Positions 12,956 to 29,352 of a DNA stretch of 64,000 nucleotides are shown here, one piece after another. Position numbers and translations under genes: made by a program. A model generated the notes under the pieces. The model was not told where the DNA came from, searched no databases, and saw only the letters and a list, made by a program, of their open reading frames with translations. Position 1 is the first letter of the stretch. The number at the start of each line of letters is the position of its first letter. Source of the DNA: Macrostomum lignano (taxonomy: Eukaryota); contig NIVC01001880.1 in NCBI GenBank assembly GCA_002269645.1, positions 62,001 to 126,000 of the forward strand, in the 5' to 3' direction.

Positions 12956-14414
12956 GATGCCTAAGCTTGTAGTCTAGGATTTCAATACCAGAAATTCAAT
13001 GTAATGATCATTGATATATTACTTTCTAGTTTTATAAAGGATATGCTAAAATCAATATTAAGATATATATTAAAGTCTTTTAGGTAGTATCAAATCTAGG
13101 ATTTTAAGGGTAATGTGGTAGATATAGTGGCAGAGAATTTAAACTAATGAAATTTTATATATTGCATATCCCAACTTAAAATTTTTTGTTTAGGACTTTA
13201 AAAGCAGAACAAGTTTAGTTTTTTGACATAATAACATTCATTGATTTACAATTAATACATTGATGGTTGACGCCAATGGTAATATATATTTAGTAGTTAA
13301 ACTGATTTTTTATATACTAAATGATTTGAATTTGCTTACTAGGCATAGTGCAAATCTATCACACAGGTATTGAAATATACTGTATTGTCATTGACTTGTT
13401 TGCTTCATTCTGCTTTTCTTTTGGTTATTTAAATTTAAATGGAGATTTCATATAATGCTAGTATGTTAGTATGCTTGAAATAGATCCTAGTCAGTCTAGA
13501 ACTAGATTGGTGTTTAGAGAAGTTGTTTAAATATAAAAAATATATAAGTATAACAGAAACAAAACAGTGACCATAAACCAGCCAGTTATATACCCTCGAA
13601 GTTGAAGTATATAACCAGCCAGTACCTTAAACAACATTGAAGAGCGCAAATAATTTTAATCCTGCCTTCTGGGTTGACTTAAGAGAACAGAAAACATAGT
13701 ACTGGATAGCTATTTTGTCTACTCGACTTTACTAATAATAAATTATAATTATCAGGGTGGTATAAGTTTAAGGTAAGTGGCTTAAGTCAGAAAAATATTA
13801 TAGAGCTCTAGCACGTTAAATATGCGTGTTGTTGCTTGCCAACAATTAAACAAGTAGCAACAGTTCAATTTGATAGGCAAAGACAGAAATGTTAAAAATT
13901 ATGAGATTGAATACCTTTTAATAAAAAAGATAAAATTTAAGACAAAGGTGAGCATGCCTCAGATGCAAAAAGAGCGTCAACCGAGGTGGAGTCGTGTGCA
14001 CCGCGACACATCAGTGGTGCCACTTTGGATGCGTGGGAGTCGCCTACGTAATGGTCAAAAAGTCGGACGAGAAGACAATGCAGGAGTGGCGGTGCCCATG
14101 GCACTGGACTGGACTATCACTGGACTATCAGGACCAGCGCGACGGTCGACCGAGGCCTCTTGGCTTCTGCAGTGTCAGGCTCCTTCGGGTGGTGGACGCC
14201 GAATAAAAATAAGAAAAAGAAGACCAAAGCCAAAGCTCAAACGGGTTAATAATTAGAAGCCATAGCAACAACTCATATAGTGTAGTAGGTTATATTTGTG
14301 CCTTCAACAGAGCAAGGGAGACAGCCATTGCACGGTACGAAAACTGTTAGAACCCACATTGCCGCCAATAACAGGTTATTCAATAACACCTTTGAATTGT
14401 TTGATAGGACAGTT

Positions 14415-16701
<2,287 letters not shown>

Positions 16702-18438
16702 AAAGTCCTGGGAGAGCACCTGGGTGACTCACTTTCTCTTGCTGCTGTTGCAGCTGTCTGCTTCTTTCTGTCTGAGATATTTTAGTGCGCACGCGGCATT
16801 GTAAAGATCGGAGGGGCCGGGTGCCCCATTGTCCAATTGCTGCTCTTTTGATTATGTTTCTGTCAGACTTGATGATCGCACAGCAACCGACTGAGTGCTG
16901 TCTTGTCTTTTGCCTTCTTTTATGATGGCTATGAGACTTGGCACAGATTCTCACACTCTGTCAGCCAACTTCTTCTCGAGCGTAGGAGCAGACAGATCTC
17001 TCTGCCGTCTCTTTCTCTGCCAGGGCCAGCTTAGATAAATAACAAAATCTCTGTGGGCTTATTTGCCCGCAGACCCGCGCATCACTTTATTGAATTAATT
17101 GCCCCACCCAGGCCACAGGCTGTCTGAGCAATTAAGCAATTAAAAAGGCACCTGATCCACCTTAAAAGTTCACCAAATGTGGTTGTCAAGCCCAAGAGCT
17201 GGAATGCTTTGGCCGAATTTCGTGTCCACATAGGATTGAGTAAATTTTATTAACTCCAGCACCGACCACTCAGAAGGGGTCGCCCCCCCCCAGACGCATG
17301 AATAGTGAGAACTCGTACCTGATCTTCCAGCCAATCAGTTAATTAAGCTAATTAAGTTGTAAATTCATTTACTTAACAAATTCCAGTTGAGATTCTGGCA
17401 AATTATGTAGTAAAACATTGTGCCAAGCAGTCTATTGTCTCCCTTTGAATTTCAATCGATTTTCCTTGCATTTCTACTCACAGTAGGCGTGGAGCGCATA
17501 AATTTTTAAAATGCAATGCAAAACCAATTGCTATTGAAGGAAATTCAATATTAATGAGTTGGTCATATAACACGCCACGAAATGAACTTTAATGGCAGGC
17601 CTAAGCGAACTGTTTCTTAGAATCATAATTTACCATTTTTGTGACGTCAAAGTGCAAAGCGGAACTTGAATTGTTCTGTTCTCTGTTATATTTTTACAGC
17701 GTAGACAGTTGAATAGTACAAAAAAATTTGATGATAAAATGCAGAGACCATCCTCTGCTAGGCTGTCTGAAATTCATCATCCAGATTCGCACAAAAGTAC
17801 ATAAACTAATTAACGTCTTACAAAATTACAAGCAAATGAAACCCATCGTGGATCAGAAAGACCTGTGAGGCTCCGGCATTCGAGAATTTGCTTCGCTGCG
17901 AATTGCAACAAATATTAGCAAATCAAACGAGTGAAAATGGAGTAGGCAACACACAAGACAGCTCGCGTAGCAACCGCATAGCAACAGAGTGAGATTGACA
18001 TTTTAAACTTTAGCAATTGGATAGTTCAACCTTAGCAACGGATAGTTAACCTTAGCAACTGATAGTTTAACTTTATCAACGGATAGTTTAATCCTAGCAA
18101 CTGATAGTTTAACCATAGCAACTGATAGTTTAACCATACCAACTGATAGTTTAACCATAGCAACTGATAGTTTAACCATAGCAACTGATAGCTTAACCAT
18201 ACCAACTGATAGTTTAACCATACCAACTGATAGTTTAACCATAGCAACTGATAGTTTAACCATAGCAACTGATAGCTTAACCATAGCAACGGATAGTTAA
18301 ACTTTAGCAACGGACAACTAAGGGAGTGACTAGTAAAGTGAAACGGTAGCCGGAAGGGTAAACGGCCGGAGTAACTATAGTTGCTTTTAAGATTATTTAG
18401 TGCCTCGTCATCTGATAGGAACGTCGGGTCGGGTCAGA

Positions 18439-20179
18439 CTAGAAGCGGGGGATGCAGCCCTTGCCCATGAACAGCTCGGCCAGCACCGTCATCCACAGCG
18501 CCACGAAGAAGAACACGTAGGAGACGCCCACCTGGTACATCAGCGGCAGGTTGTACAGCTCGCCGCCAACTTGCTCGCTGGAGAAGCCGAGCGGAAAGAC
18601 CACGGCGGCCACCGACAGCACCAGCATGGTGGCGAAGCCCAGCCAGCGGGCCGGATCCGCCATGGAGGCCTTGCGATGGGAGGCGGCCAGCAGCCCGACA
18701 GTGCCGAGCAGGCCGACAACGCCAATGACCACCAGGGCGAACACCAGCAGCCAGGCGGTGTTGGTCGGCTGGTGGGAGAAGCACACCTTTGGGGCAGTCA
18801 AGGATGAGGCATTAGTGGAGGTGACCTTCGAGGATGTGACACTAGAGGATGTGACACTAGAGGATGTGACATTAGAGGATGTGACACTAGAGGATGTGAC
18901 ACTAGAGGATGTGACACTAGAGGATGTGACATTAGAGGATGTGACACTAGAGGATGTGACATTAGAGGATGTGACATTGGAGGATGTGATACTAAAGGAT
19001 ATGACATTAGAGGATGTGACACTAAAGGATATGACACTAGAGGATGTGACATTAGAGGATATAACACTAGAGGATGTGACATTAGAGGATGTGACATTAG
19101 AGGATGTGATGTGACATTCACGGATATGACATTAGAGGATGTGATACTAAATGATATGACATTCGAGGATGTAACACTAGAGGATGGGACATTAGAGAAT
19201 GTAACACTAGAGGATGTGACATTAGAGGATATAACACTAGAGGATGTGACATTAGAGGATGTAACACTAGAGGATGTGATATTAGAGGATGTGACACTAG
19301 AGGATATAACACTAGAGGATGTGACATTAGAGGATGTAAAACTAGAGGATGTGACACTAGAGGATATAACACTAGAGGATGTGACATTAGAGGATGTAAC
19401 ACTAGAGGATGTGACATTAGAGGATGTGACACTAGAGGATGTGACACTAGAGGATGTGACATTAGAGGATGTGATGTGACATTCACGGATATGACACTAG
19501 AGGATGTGATACTAAATGATATGACATTAGAGGATATAACACTAGAGGATGTGACATTAGAGGATGTAACACTAGATGATGTGACATTAGAGGATGTGAC
19601 ACTAGAGGTTGACACTAGAGGATGTGACATTAGAGGATATAACACTAGAGGATGTGACATTAGAGGATGTGACATTAGAGGATGTGATGTGACATTCACG
19701 GATATGACATTAGAGGATGTGATACTAAATGATATGACATTCGAGGATGTAACACTAGAGGATGGGACATTAGAGAATGTAACACTAGAGGATGTGACAT
19801 TAGAGGATATAACACTAGAGGATGTGACATTAGAGGATGTAACACTAGAGGATGTGACATTCAATGATGCATCAAATGACAAAGATAATGTGATCTCAAA
19901 GTGTGATATCATTATCAAAGGAAGGAATATCATGAAATGCTACAACATTTAATATAGATAAGTTAGGATATATTGAAGTTCAATGAAATGCCATTAGAAA
20001 CAGAAACCAACCTCATCTGAGTTGCCTTGCAATGTCAGGCAGGCTGAGAGCAGGCCAATGCGCAGTTCCCCATTGAGGCTAGACACCAACCAGTTGGGCA
20101 TAGCTAGACTGACTAGTACAAATACTTCTGCTAAGCTAAATAGCACTAGCGAGATCACTAGCAGCTTGTCTAGTGCCAT
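18439..20179 (-). CDS. MOSMO: Modulator of Smoothened (copy 2)
   Basis: Exons 20179-20012 and 18786-18439; translation identical to copy 1. Confidence 0.92.
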
Positions 20180-22540
20180 GATGCCTAAGCTTGTAGTCTA
20201 GGATTTCAATACCAGAAATTCAATGTAATGATCATTGATATATTACTTTCTAGTTTTATAAAGGATATGCTAAAATCAATATTAAGATATATATTAAAGT
20301 CTTTTAGGTAGTATCAAATCTAGGATTTTAAGGGTAATGTGGTAGATATAGTGGCAGAGAATTTAAACTAATGAAATTTTATATATTGCATATCCCAACT
20401 TAAAATTTTTTGTTTAGGACTTTAAAAGCAGAACAAGTTTAGTTTTTTGACATAATAACATTCATTGATTTACAATTAATACATTGATGGTTGACGCCAA
20501 TGGTAATATATATTTAGTAGTTAAACTGATTTTTTATATACTAAATGATTTGAATTTGCTTACTAGGCATAGTGCAAATCTATCACACAGGTATTGAAAT
20601 ATACTGTATTGTCATTGACTTGTTTGCTTCATTCTGCTTTTCTTTTGGTTATTTAAATTTAAATGGAGATTTCATATAATGCTAGTATGTTAGTATGCTT
20701 GAAATAGATCCTAGTCAGTCTAGAACTAGATTGGTGTTTAGAGAAGTTGTTTAAATATAAAAAATATATAAGTATAACAGAAACAAAACAGTGACCATAA
20801 ACCAGCCAGTTATATACCCTCGAAGTTGAAGTATATAACCAGCCAGTACCTTAAACAACATTGAAGAGCGCAAATAATTTTAATCCTGCCTTCTGGGTTG
20901 ACTTAAGAGAACAGAAAACATAGTACTGGATAGCTATTTTGTCTACTCGACTTTACTAATAATAAATTATAATTATCAGGGTGGTATAAGTTTAAGGTAA
21001 GTGGCTTAAGTCAGAAAAATATTATAGAGCTCTAGCACGTTAAATATGCGTGTTGTTGCTTGCCAACAATTAAACAAGTAGCAACAGTTCAATTTGATAG
21101 GCAAAGACAGAAATGTTAAAAATTATGAGATTGAATACCTTTTAATAAAAAAGATAAAATTTTACCTAACATTCTATTAGATGCGCGAGAAGGAACAGAG
21201 CTCGCGAAAATGTCAAGTGCAGAAATTCGAAATGTCCAATATTACCTGTTTCTTGGAAAGCGAACTAATAGATGCAGGGATTCCCCGAGCGATATTCAAG
21301 AAGCCGGACATTGATCTTGATGTTGTGGCGTTAGATAAAAGTGATTGAACAAATTGATTATTTTTTCTGTGATACAAAAATAAAATTAATTGTATGCTTT
21401 CTAATAATAATATTAGTATATATATGCCTATTATTTTGACTAACAAATAATATATCATTTCACAATAATGTTTTAATTGTAATAGTTTTTAGCATTTAAA
21501 ATTCTAATGCCTAATCCATTTTTTTTCTGATTGTAAATAAACATGATAAATAGTCATAAAAATACTTTAGTTTTAGAACTAAAAAAAGGAAATTCTATTC
21601 TAAGAAGAAAATTAGCCCTTTGATGATTTAAGTCAAAATCCAGCCAAGGATTTTGCTGTACAATTTAAATTAAAAATATGATATAATGCATATTTTTGTG
21701 TTATTGTCATTTCATTAAAATTGATATGCATAAAAATATAGATTATAATTTTGTTAGGCCTATACTATAGCTATTTAATTTTTAAGCACATTTTATGACC
21801 CTAATACTAATAGAGTATGTTAAAAACTAGCAGACATGTGGCATGGTGATGAAATATTTTTTAGACATTTAGTAAGCCATGTTGATCTCCCAAAAGCAAA
21901 AAGTACCTTTATTACTAGCCTCAAATATGGTCAGTAGCAAAAAGGTTCTATGTCACCAAAAAAGGTTTTTGGTACCTATCAAAAGTTGATATCTATATCT
22001 GAGAGTTATTTTAACAATTTAAACATGGCAGTTCAATAGCTAATTTAGTTAGGTTGGGATATGTTACCATCTCTAAATTATAGCCTAGAAAATTCTCATT
22101 CCAATTATTTATTACTTTTAAACTTAACCAACTTTTTGACTATCAAAATTTTCTCAAATATAGATGAGTTAAACAAGATTCAATTGATTTTTCATCCAAG
22201 GATGGTCAGTTTTACAGATCTGGTTTGGAGTGGCTTAGGCCTATAACTCATTGGCAAAACTGTTGTTGCAGCTAGGGATGACAATTTTTTGAATAAATAT
22301 TACATATATTATATAAGCTTTTTGCTCTGACCAATCATAGTTTATAAAAAGCACAAAAACTTTCTAGATGACATGATAAAATTCTGTTGATTTACTAGGA
22401 TAAATATATTTGAGCTCAAACCTTTAAATATTTAATAAAGATGATGTTTTATTTATTTTGGCGAGTAATATTACTGCGCCTTTAAATACAATTATTACCT
22501 TTGATTTCAGCAATGCACTTTTTTGCTCAATTCCAGCACC

Positions 22541-25007
22541 ATGACAATTGCCAATAGCATTCCATCAGAAGAGAACAACGAATATTGCAATCAGTTTCAT
22601 AGCAAGTATGAGCCCAAGGAGATTCTTGGTCGGTGAGTTTTTTATTTAGATATATTTTTGCAACAATAATCTACATGTGAGTATTTTGTCTCTGTACTCG
22701 TCCTTGACCTCAAACAATCCCGCAAATCTTCTCCAGAGGTCTCAGCAGCGTTGTCCGCAGATGCGTTGAGAAGTCCAGCAAGACCGAGTTTGCCGTGAAG
22801 GTCATCGACCTCAACAATCTCGACACGAACAGCGAGGACGCCAGGCAGGACGCCCTCAAGGAGCTGCGGATCCTGCGGCTGGTGCAGGGCCACGCCAACA
22901 TCATCCTGCTGCACGACCACTTCGAGACCGAGGCCTACATCTTCTTTGTGTTTGAAATGTGAGTCGGCACCCACAGGCTGTTCATCACTAATCCTCAGGT
23001 AGCCACAATAATCCTCAGGTAGCCACAATAATCCTCAGGTAGCCACAATAATCCTCAGGTAGCCACACCAATCCTCAGGTAGCCACAATAATCCTCAGGT
23101 AGCCACACCAATCCTCAGGTAGCCACACCAATCCTCAGGTAGCCACACCAATCCTCAGGTAGCCACACCAATCCTCAGGTAGCCACACCGATCCTCAGGT
23201 AGCCACACCAATCCCCAGGTAGCCACACCAATCCCCAGGTAGCTACACCAATCCCCAGGTAGCCACACCGATCCTCAGGTAGCCACACCGATCCTCAGGT
23301 AGCCACACCAGTCCTCAGGCACTTGCACCCCATCAGTCCCCCCATCTCTCACGCAGCTGCCCCCACGGCGAACTATTCGAGCATCTGAACAAGGTAGTCC
23401 GAATGTCCGAGAAGCGAACCCGCGGGGTGATGCGCCAACTGCTGGACGCTTTGGAGTTTCTGCACAGTCGGCAGATTGTACACCGCGACATCAAGGCCGA
23501 GAACATCCTGCTGGACGCTGAAATGAGCGTCAAGCTGACCGACTTCGGCTTCGCCACCGAAGTTGAAACCGACGACTGTCTGACTGACCTGTGCGGCACG
23601 CCCAGCTACCTCAGCCCGGAGATCCTCGTGGTGAACATGTACGAATCCCGCAGCATCCGCGTCTACGGCCGCCCGGTGGACATGTGGGCCAGCGGGGTGC
23701 TCATGTACACCCTGCTGGTGGGCTCCCCGCCCTTCTGGCACCGCCGCCAGATGACCATGCTGCGGATGATCATGGAGGGCCGCTTCAGCCTCGACACGCC
23801 CGAGTGGGAGGAAGTCTCCGAGGCGGCCAAGAGCCTCATCGCCAGCCTGCTCAGGGTGGACCCCGGCCAGCGGCTCACCTCCGTGCAGGCGCTGGCGCAT
23901 CCTTTCTTCGCTAAGCAGGTGAGGATTTCACTGACTGTTCGGTCAGCTCTTCCCGGATCCCCTGATTGACTGATTGAGCTGCTGCCTTCCCAGAGCCTCA
24001 GTTGCTGGGCCAGCCTCCCAGAGCCTCAGTTGCTGGGCCAGCCTCCCAGATCCTCAGTTGCTTGGCCAGCCTCCCAGATCCTCAGTTGCTTGGCCAGCCT
24101 CCCAGATCCTCAGTTGCTGGGCCAGCCTCCCAGATCCTCAGTTGCTTGGCCAGCCTCCCAGATCCCAGTTGCTTGGCCAGCCTCCCAGATCCTCAGTTGC
24201 TTGGCCAGCCTCCCAGATCCTCAGTTGCTGGGCCAGCCTCCCAGATCCTCAGTTGCTTGGCCAGCCTCCCAGATCCTCAGTTGCTGGGCCAGCCTCCCAG
24301 ATCCTGTTGCTGGGCCAGCCTCCCAGATCCTCAGTTGCTGGGCCAGCCTCCCAGATCCTCAGTTGCTTGGCCAGCCTCTCAGATCCTCAGTTGCTTGGCC
24401 AGCCTCCCAGATCCTCAGTTGCTTGGCCAGCCTCCCAGATCCTCAGTTGCTTGGCCAGCCTCCCAGATCCTCAGTTGCTTGGCCAGCCTCCCAGATCCTC
24501 AGTTGCTTGGCCAGCCTCCCAGATCCCCAGTTGCTTGGCCAGCCTCCCAGATCCTCAGTTGCTTGGCCAGCCTCCCAGATCCTCAGTTGCTGGGCCAGCC
24601 TCCCAGATCCTCAGTTGCTTGGCCAGCCTCCCAGATCCTCAGTTGCTGGGCCAGCCTCCCAGATCCTCAGTTGCTGTGCCATCCGCGCTGCACCGCTATG
24701 CCGCCACCATCTCTCACCCCGGCAGGAGCTGCCCTGCGTCACCTTCGACAGGCGCACCCGGTTCCGCTCGGCCATCCTGGCCGTCCGCTGCCTCTGCCGG
24801 CTGCACCGGGCCTACGCCATGCCAGCCCGGCTGGAGCTGCGCCGCCTTCGCGCGGACCCGTACACCATCCGCAACATGCGCCGCCTCATTGACAACACGG
24901 CCTTCCTGGTCTACAGCCACTGGGTGAAGAAGGCCGAGGACCAGAACCGGGCCGCGCTGTTTGAGAACTCGCCGAAAATGGATCTGGCTGCTCAGGACAG
25001 CGGCTGA
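22541..25007 (+). CDS. PHKG1: Phosphorylase b kinase gamma catalytic subunit
   Basis: Exons 22541-22632, 22737-22958, 23357-23918, 24726-25007, phase consistent. Motifs YEPKEILGRG.SSVVRRC, HRDIKAENILL, DFG, CGTPSYLSPE, GSPPFWHRRQM.MLRMIM, and the C-terminal DPY...RRLID..AF.VY.HWVKK...QNRAALFEN.PK. Paralog (G1 or G2) cannot be resolved. Confidence 0.95.
22990..23318. repeat. 20-bp intronic minisatellite (AATCCTCAGGTAGCCACACC)
   Basis: PHKG intron 2; each unit contains CAG|GTAG. Confidence 0.93.
23985..24675. repeat. 28-bp intronic minisatellite (CCTCCCAGATCCTCAGTTGCTTGGCCAG)
   Basis: PHKG intron 3; direct tandem repeat. Confidence 0.95.
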
Positions 25008-25086
25008 TGCTTGCATAGACTGAGAGCTCAAATCCCTTTGATGATCCCAACTCACGACTGCATGATTTGGATTCTGTGATGTGTCT

Positions 25087-25806
25087 CTTATCAACTCCCG
25101 ATCCTATTGGTGTGTCCGTTATCAACTCCCGATCCTATTGGTGTGTCCGTTATCAACTCCTGATCCTATTGGTGTGTCCATTATCAACTCCCGATCCTAT
25201 TGGTGTGTCCGTTATCAACTCCCGATCCTATTGGTGTGTCCGTTATCAACTCCCGATCCTATTGGTGTGTCCGTTATCAACTCCCGATCCTATTGGTGTG
25301 TCCGTTATCATCTCCCGATCCTATTGGTGTGTCCGTTATCAACTCCCGATCCTATTGGTGTGTCCGTTATCAATTCCCGATCCTATTGGTGTGTCCGTTA
25401 TCAACTCCCGATCCTATTGGTGTGTCCGTTATCAACTCCCGATCCTATTGGTGTGTCCGTTATCAACTCTCGATCCTATTGGTGTGTCCGTTATCAATTC
25501 CCGATCCTATTGGTGTGTCCGTTATCAACTCCCGATCCTATTGGTGTGTCTGTTATCAACTTCCGATCCTATTGGTGTGTCCGTTATCAACTCCCGATTC
25601 TATTGGTGTGTCCGTTATCAACTCCCGATCCTATTGGTGTGTCCGTTATCATCTCCCGATCCTATTGGTGTGTCCGTTATCAACTCCCGATCCTATTGGT
25701 GTGTCCGTTATCATCTCCCGATCCTATTGGTGTGTCCGTTATCAACTCCCGATCCTATTGGTGTGTCCGTTATCAACTCCCGATCCTATTGGTGTGTCCG
25801 CCATCC
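25087..25806. repeat. 31-bp minisatellite (TTATCAACTCCCGATCCTATTGGTGTGTCCG), about 23 copies
   Basis: Begins about 80 bp after the PHKG stop. Units are near-identical with no unique spacers, so it is not a CRISPR array. Confidence 0.95.
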
Positions 25807-26029
25807 CGATTCTGTGCTGCCTCTCAACTCTTTGTTTAGCTGACAGACGCCCCCCATCAAGCCTTTTTGTGCCACCCCCAAGCGCAGGTCTCGAACTGTA
25901 CACGTAAATTTGCACCCATCAATTATTCGCTGCACCAGGACACGCAAAGCCTCTATGTCTGACCATCGGGTCCTTTCAAACTTCACAAGAGCAATCCGGA
26001 CCGCTAAAGGCTTATGTCTCTTCTCGCAT

Positions 26030-26495
26030 CTCCTCTCCCCTCTCTTTTTCTCTCTCATCCTTTCGCTCCCTTCATCTCCTACCCCATCTCTATTCGCATC
26101 TTTTCTCTCCCCTCTCATCTCTCCTCTTTTCCCTCTCCTCTCTCTTTTCTCCCTCTCCTCTCTCCTCTCTCCCTCTCCTCTCTCCTCTCTCCCTGTCTTC
26201 TCTCCTCTCTCCACTCTCCCCTCTCCCCTCTCCCCTCTCATCTCTCCTCTCTCCCTGTCTTCTCTCCTCTCTCCACTCTCCCCTCTCCTCTCTCCTCTCT
26301 CCCTGTCTTCTCTCCTCTCTCCACTCTCCCCTCTCCTCTCTCCTCTCTCCCTGTCTTCTCTCCTCTCTCCACTCTCCCCTCTCCTCTCTCCTCTCTCCCC
26401 TGTCTTCTCTCCTCTCTCCACTCTCCCCTCTCCTCTCTCCTCTCTCCCCTGTCTTCTCTCCTCTCTCCACTCTCCCCTCTCCCCTCTCCTCTCAC
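26030..26495. repeat. CT-rich polypyrimidine repeat
   Basis: CTCTCCTCTCTCC-type low-complexity tandem sequence. Confidence 0.92.
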
Positions 26496-27219
26496 CCTGG
26501 ATTCCCTACCCAACCTTCGAGATAGCTCGTATAAAAGTATGCTGTCTCCTACCGCTACAGTGGCATCACCTGCCTAGAATATGTACAGATAAATTTGGCT
26601 AGCTCTTAGCTTACTACAAGTAGCTACATTAGCATGTGTAGATTCTTAGCGCTGCAGATAATTTTTGCCGTCTTCCAACCCTTCACTGTCTGCTCTTAGG
26701 CTCAACATGTGATTATTAGCTTTTAGTCTCTCCGCAACAGTCCGAGTCCAGATACTTCGGCATCAGGCAGCCTTGCTTGACAACTACAATTGCAATGCAG
26801 CTGTAACCCCCGGCTGCGTCATTTTGTTTCATAATTATTTTAATTTTTGCACACTTCATCCGCTATTGTTCCCTGCTTGCTTTCTGTAGTCTAATAAACT
26901 GGATAAATAACAAAACTGAGAATATTTTGTCTTCAAGCTGATCCCGTTCTGTTTTAGCAGCATTATTTTATTTGTTTAGTCAAAAAAATAGATTTCTAGA
27001 CCTTCTGATCAGTCGAATTTTGTACACTGGTACTTGTATTTTCTGATTACTTTTTGATTCAGAGCTTATTTTTTCTATTATTGCTAATAAAAAAAAGATG
27101 TACGAGTGTATGTTGATAGTTTTGCTCCTGTTCGCTGTTCGTTATTGTCAGCTTGGTTCTACCCTGTAACTTGTCCGCTTTATTTCACTTTTGTGTGTAC
27201 AGTTATTTTGGGTATTTCT

Positions 27220-28445
27220 AGCTGGGGGCTGCTAGTTGGGGCTGCTAGCTGGGGGCTGCTAGTTGGGGTTGCTGGCTGGTGGCTGCTAGCTGGGGCTGCT
27301 AGCTGGGGCTGCTAGCTGGGGTTGCTAGCTGGGGCTGCTAGCTGGGGCTGCTAGCTGGGGCTGCTAGCTGGGGCTGCTAGCTGGGGTTGCTAGCTGGGGG
27401 CTGCTAGTTGGGGCTGCTAGCTGGGGGCTGCTAGTTGGGGTTGCTGGCTGGTGGCTGCTAGCTGGGGCTGCTAGCTGGGGCTGCTAGCTGGGGTTGCTAG
27501 CTGGGGCTGCTAGCTGGGGCTGCTAGCTGGGGCTGCTAGCTGGGGGCTGCTAGCTGGGGTTGCTGGCTGGTGGCTGCTAGCTGGGGCTGCTAGCTGGGGC
27601 TGCTAGCTGGGGTTGCTAGCTGGGGTTGCTAGCTGGGGCTGCTAGCTGGGGCTGCTAGCTGGGACTGCTAGCTGGGGCTGCTAGCTGGGGCTGCTAGCTG
27701 GGGGCTGCTAGCTGTGGACTGCTAGCTGGGGCTGCTAGCTGGGGCTGCTAGCTGTGGACTGCTAGCTGGGGCTGCTAGCTGGGGCTGCTAGATGGAGCTG
27801 CTAGCTGGGGCTGCTAGCTGGGGCTGCTAGCTGGGGCTGCTAGCTGGGGCTGCTAGCTGGGGCTGCTAGCTGGGGCTGCTAGTTGGGGCTGCTAGCTGGG
27901 GCTGCTAGCTGGGGCTGCTAGCTGGGGCTGCTAGCTGTGGACTGCTAGCTGTGGACTGCTAGCTGGGGCTGCTAGCTGGGGTTGCTAGCTGGGGTTGCTA
28001 GCTGGGGTTGCTAGCTGGGGTTGCTAGCTGGGGTTGCTAGCTGGGGTTGCTAGCTGGGGCTGCTAGCTGGGGTTGCTAGCTGGGGTTGCTGGCTGGGGCT
28101 GCTAGCTGGGGTTGCTGGCTGGGGCTGCTAGCTGGAGTTGCTAGCTGGGGTTGCTAGCTGGGGTTGCTAGCTGGGGTTGCTAGCTGGGGTTGCTAGCTGG
28201 GGTTGCTAGCTGGGGTTGCTGGCTGGTGGCTGGGGCTGCTAGCTGGGGTTGCTGGCTGGGGCTGCTAGCTGGGGGCTGCTAGTTGGGGTTGCTGGCTGGA
28301 GGCTGCTAGCTGGGGTTGCTAGCTGGGGCTGCTGGCTGCTGGCTGCTAGCCGGGGGCTGCTAACTGTGGACTGCTAGCTGGGGCTGCTGGCTGGGGCTGC
28401 TGGCTGGGGTTGCTAGCCGGGGGCTGCTAACTGTGGACTGCTAGG
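27220..28445. repeat. 13-bp G-rich minisatellite (GCTAGCTGGGGCT)
   Basis: About 90 units, each with a GGGG run. Confidence 0.95.
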
Positions 28446-29352
28446 CTCAGGTTGTGACTCAACTATTTTATTTAATATTCTAAAAAAAGCACAGACCGTG
28501 TTTTGATGTTCTCATTGGTCCAGAATCTCAACTTTGCTTGAAAACTTGCATTTATATTTGATGCTTTTCCTAGAAGACTTGCAGACACGTGGAAGTAGGT
28601 GCAAGCCAAAATTACAACTCAACACAGTGAGTCAACAGTGTAAGCATTGGGGCGATACATTGTGGTGGCGGGTGAAAATTGAATTAATTATCGAATAGAT
28701 TTATCTGTGAATCGAATTCTATCATTTTTGAGTTGTCAATTACGACATGAAAATAGTTATTTTGTAGTCACAGAACTCCGTAAGAAAATATTTATGTAGG
28801 AAAACATTCCAGTTTTTTTGCGATAAACATTGATGCAGCATGCGGGAGGGGAGTTTAAAATGGGGATTTGGAATACACGACGAGGGCCAGGGATTCGTTA
28901 GCGTGCGGAGCCAGGCCTGCTGGCGGCCTTCCTGCAGCACTGACATTCCTGTGTGCATTCTGAAGTATCAGTAGTATTATAAGAATTTTTTATTCGCAAT
29001 TCGCAGAATGCGTCTTGTCATTTTCTTAATGCGGGCATGCGGAAAGTCAAGTAGCTACATTTATGTGATAAGCGTTGAAGTACAACTTCCAGGTTCGTTC
29101 AATCGGGACGGACACAGTGCATGTGTAGGTAGTCTTCTAAGCTACCTTTCTAATGAATTTAAATAAATACTGGATACTGTAGCAATCTCTGCAAGGCCTT
29201 GGGGATAACACAGCTATGCACAATGAGACTTCATGCAGCTACAGCACAATACACAGTACCAACAAAGTTAAGCAGGAGACAAACTCATCATCAGTAAGTA
29301 TTCGATTCTTGTCCCATCAAAGCCTTCAATGATCCACCTGGATTTTCGAGCC

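Noticed and set aside
23974-26602. Repetitive ORFs around the 3' half of PHKG
   Set aside because: They derive from the 28-bp, 31-bp and CT satellites; only the segment from 24726 is real PHKG coding sequence.
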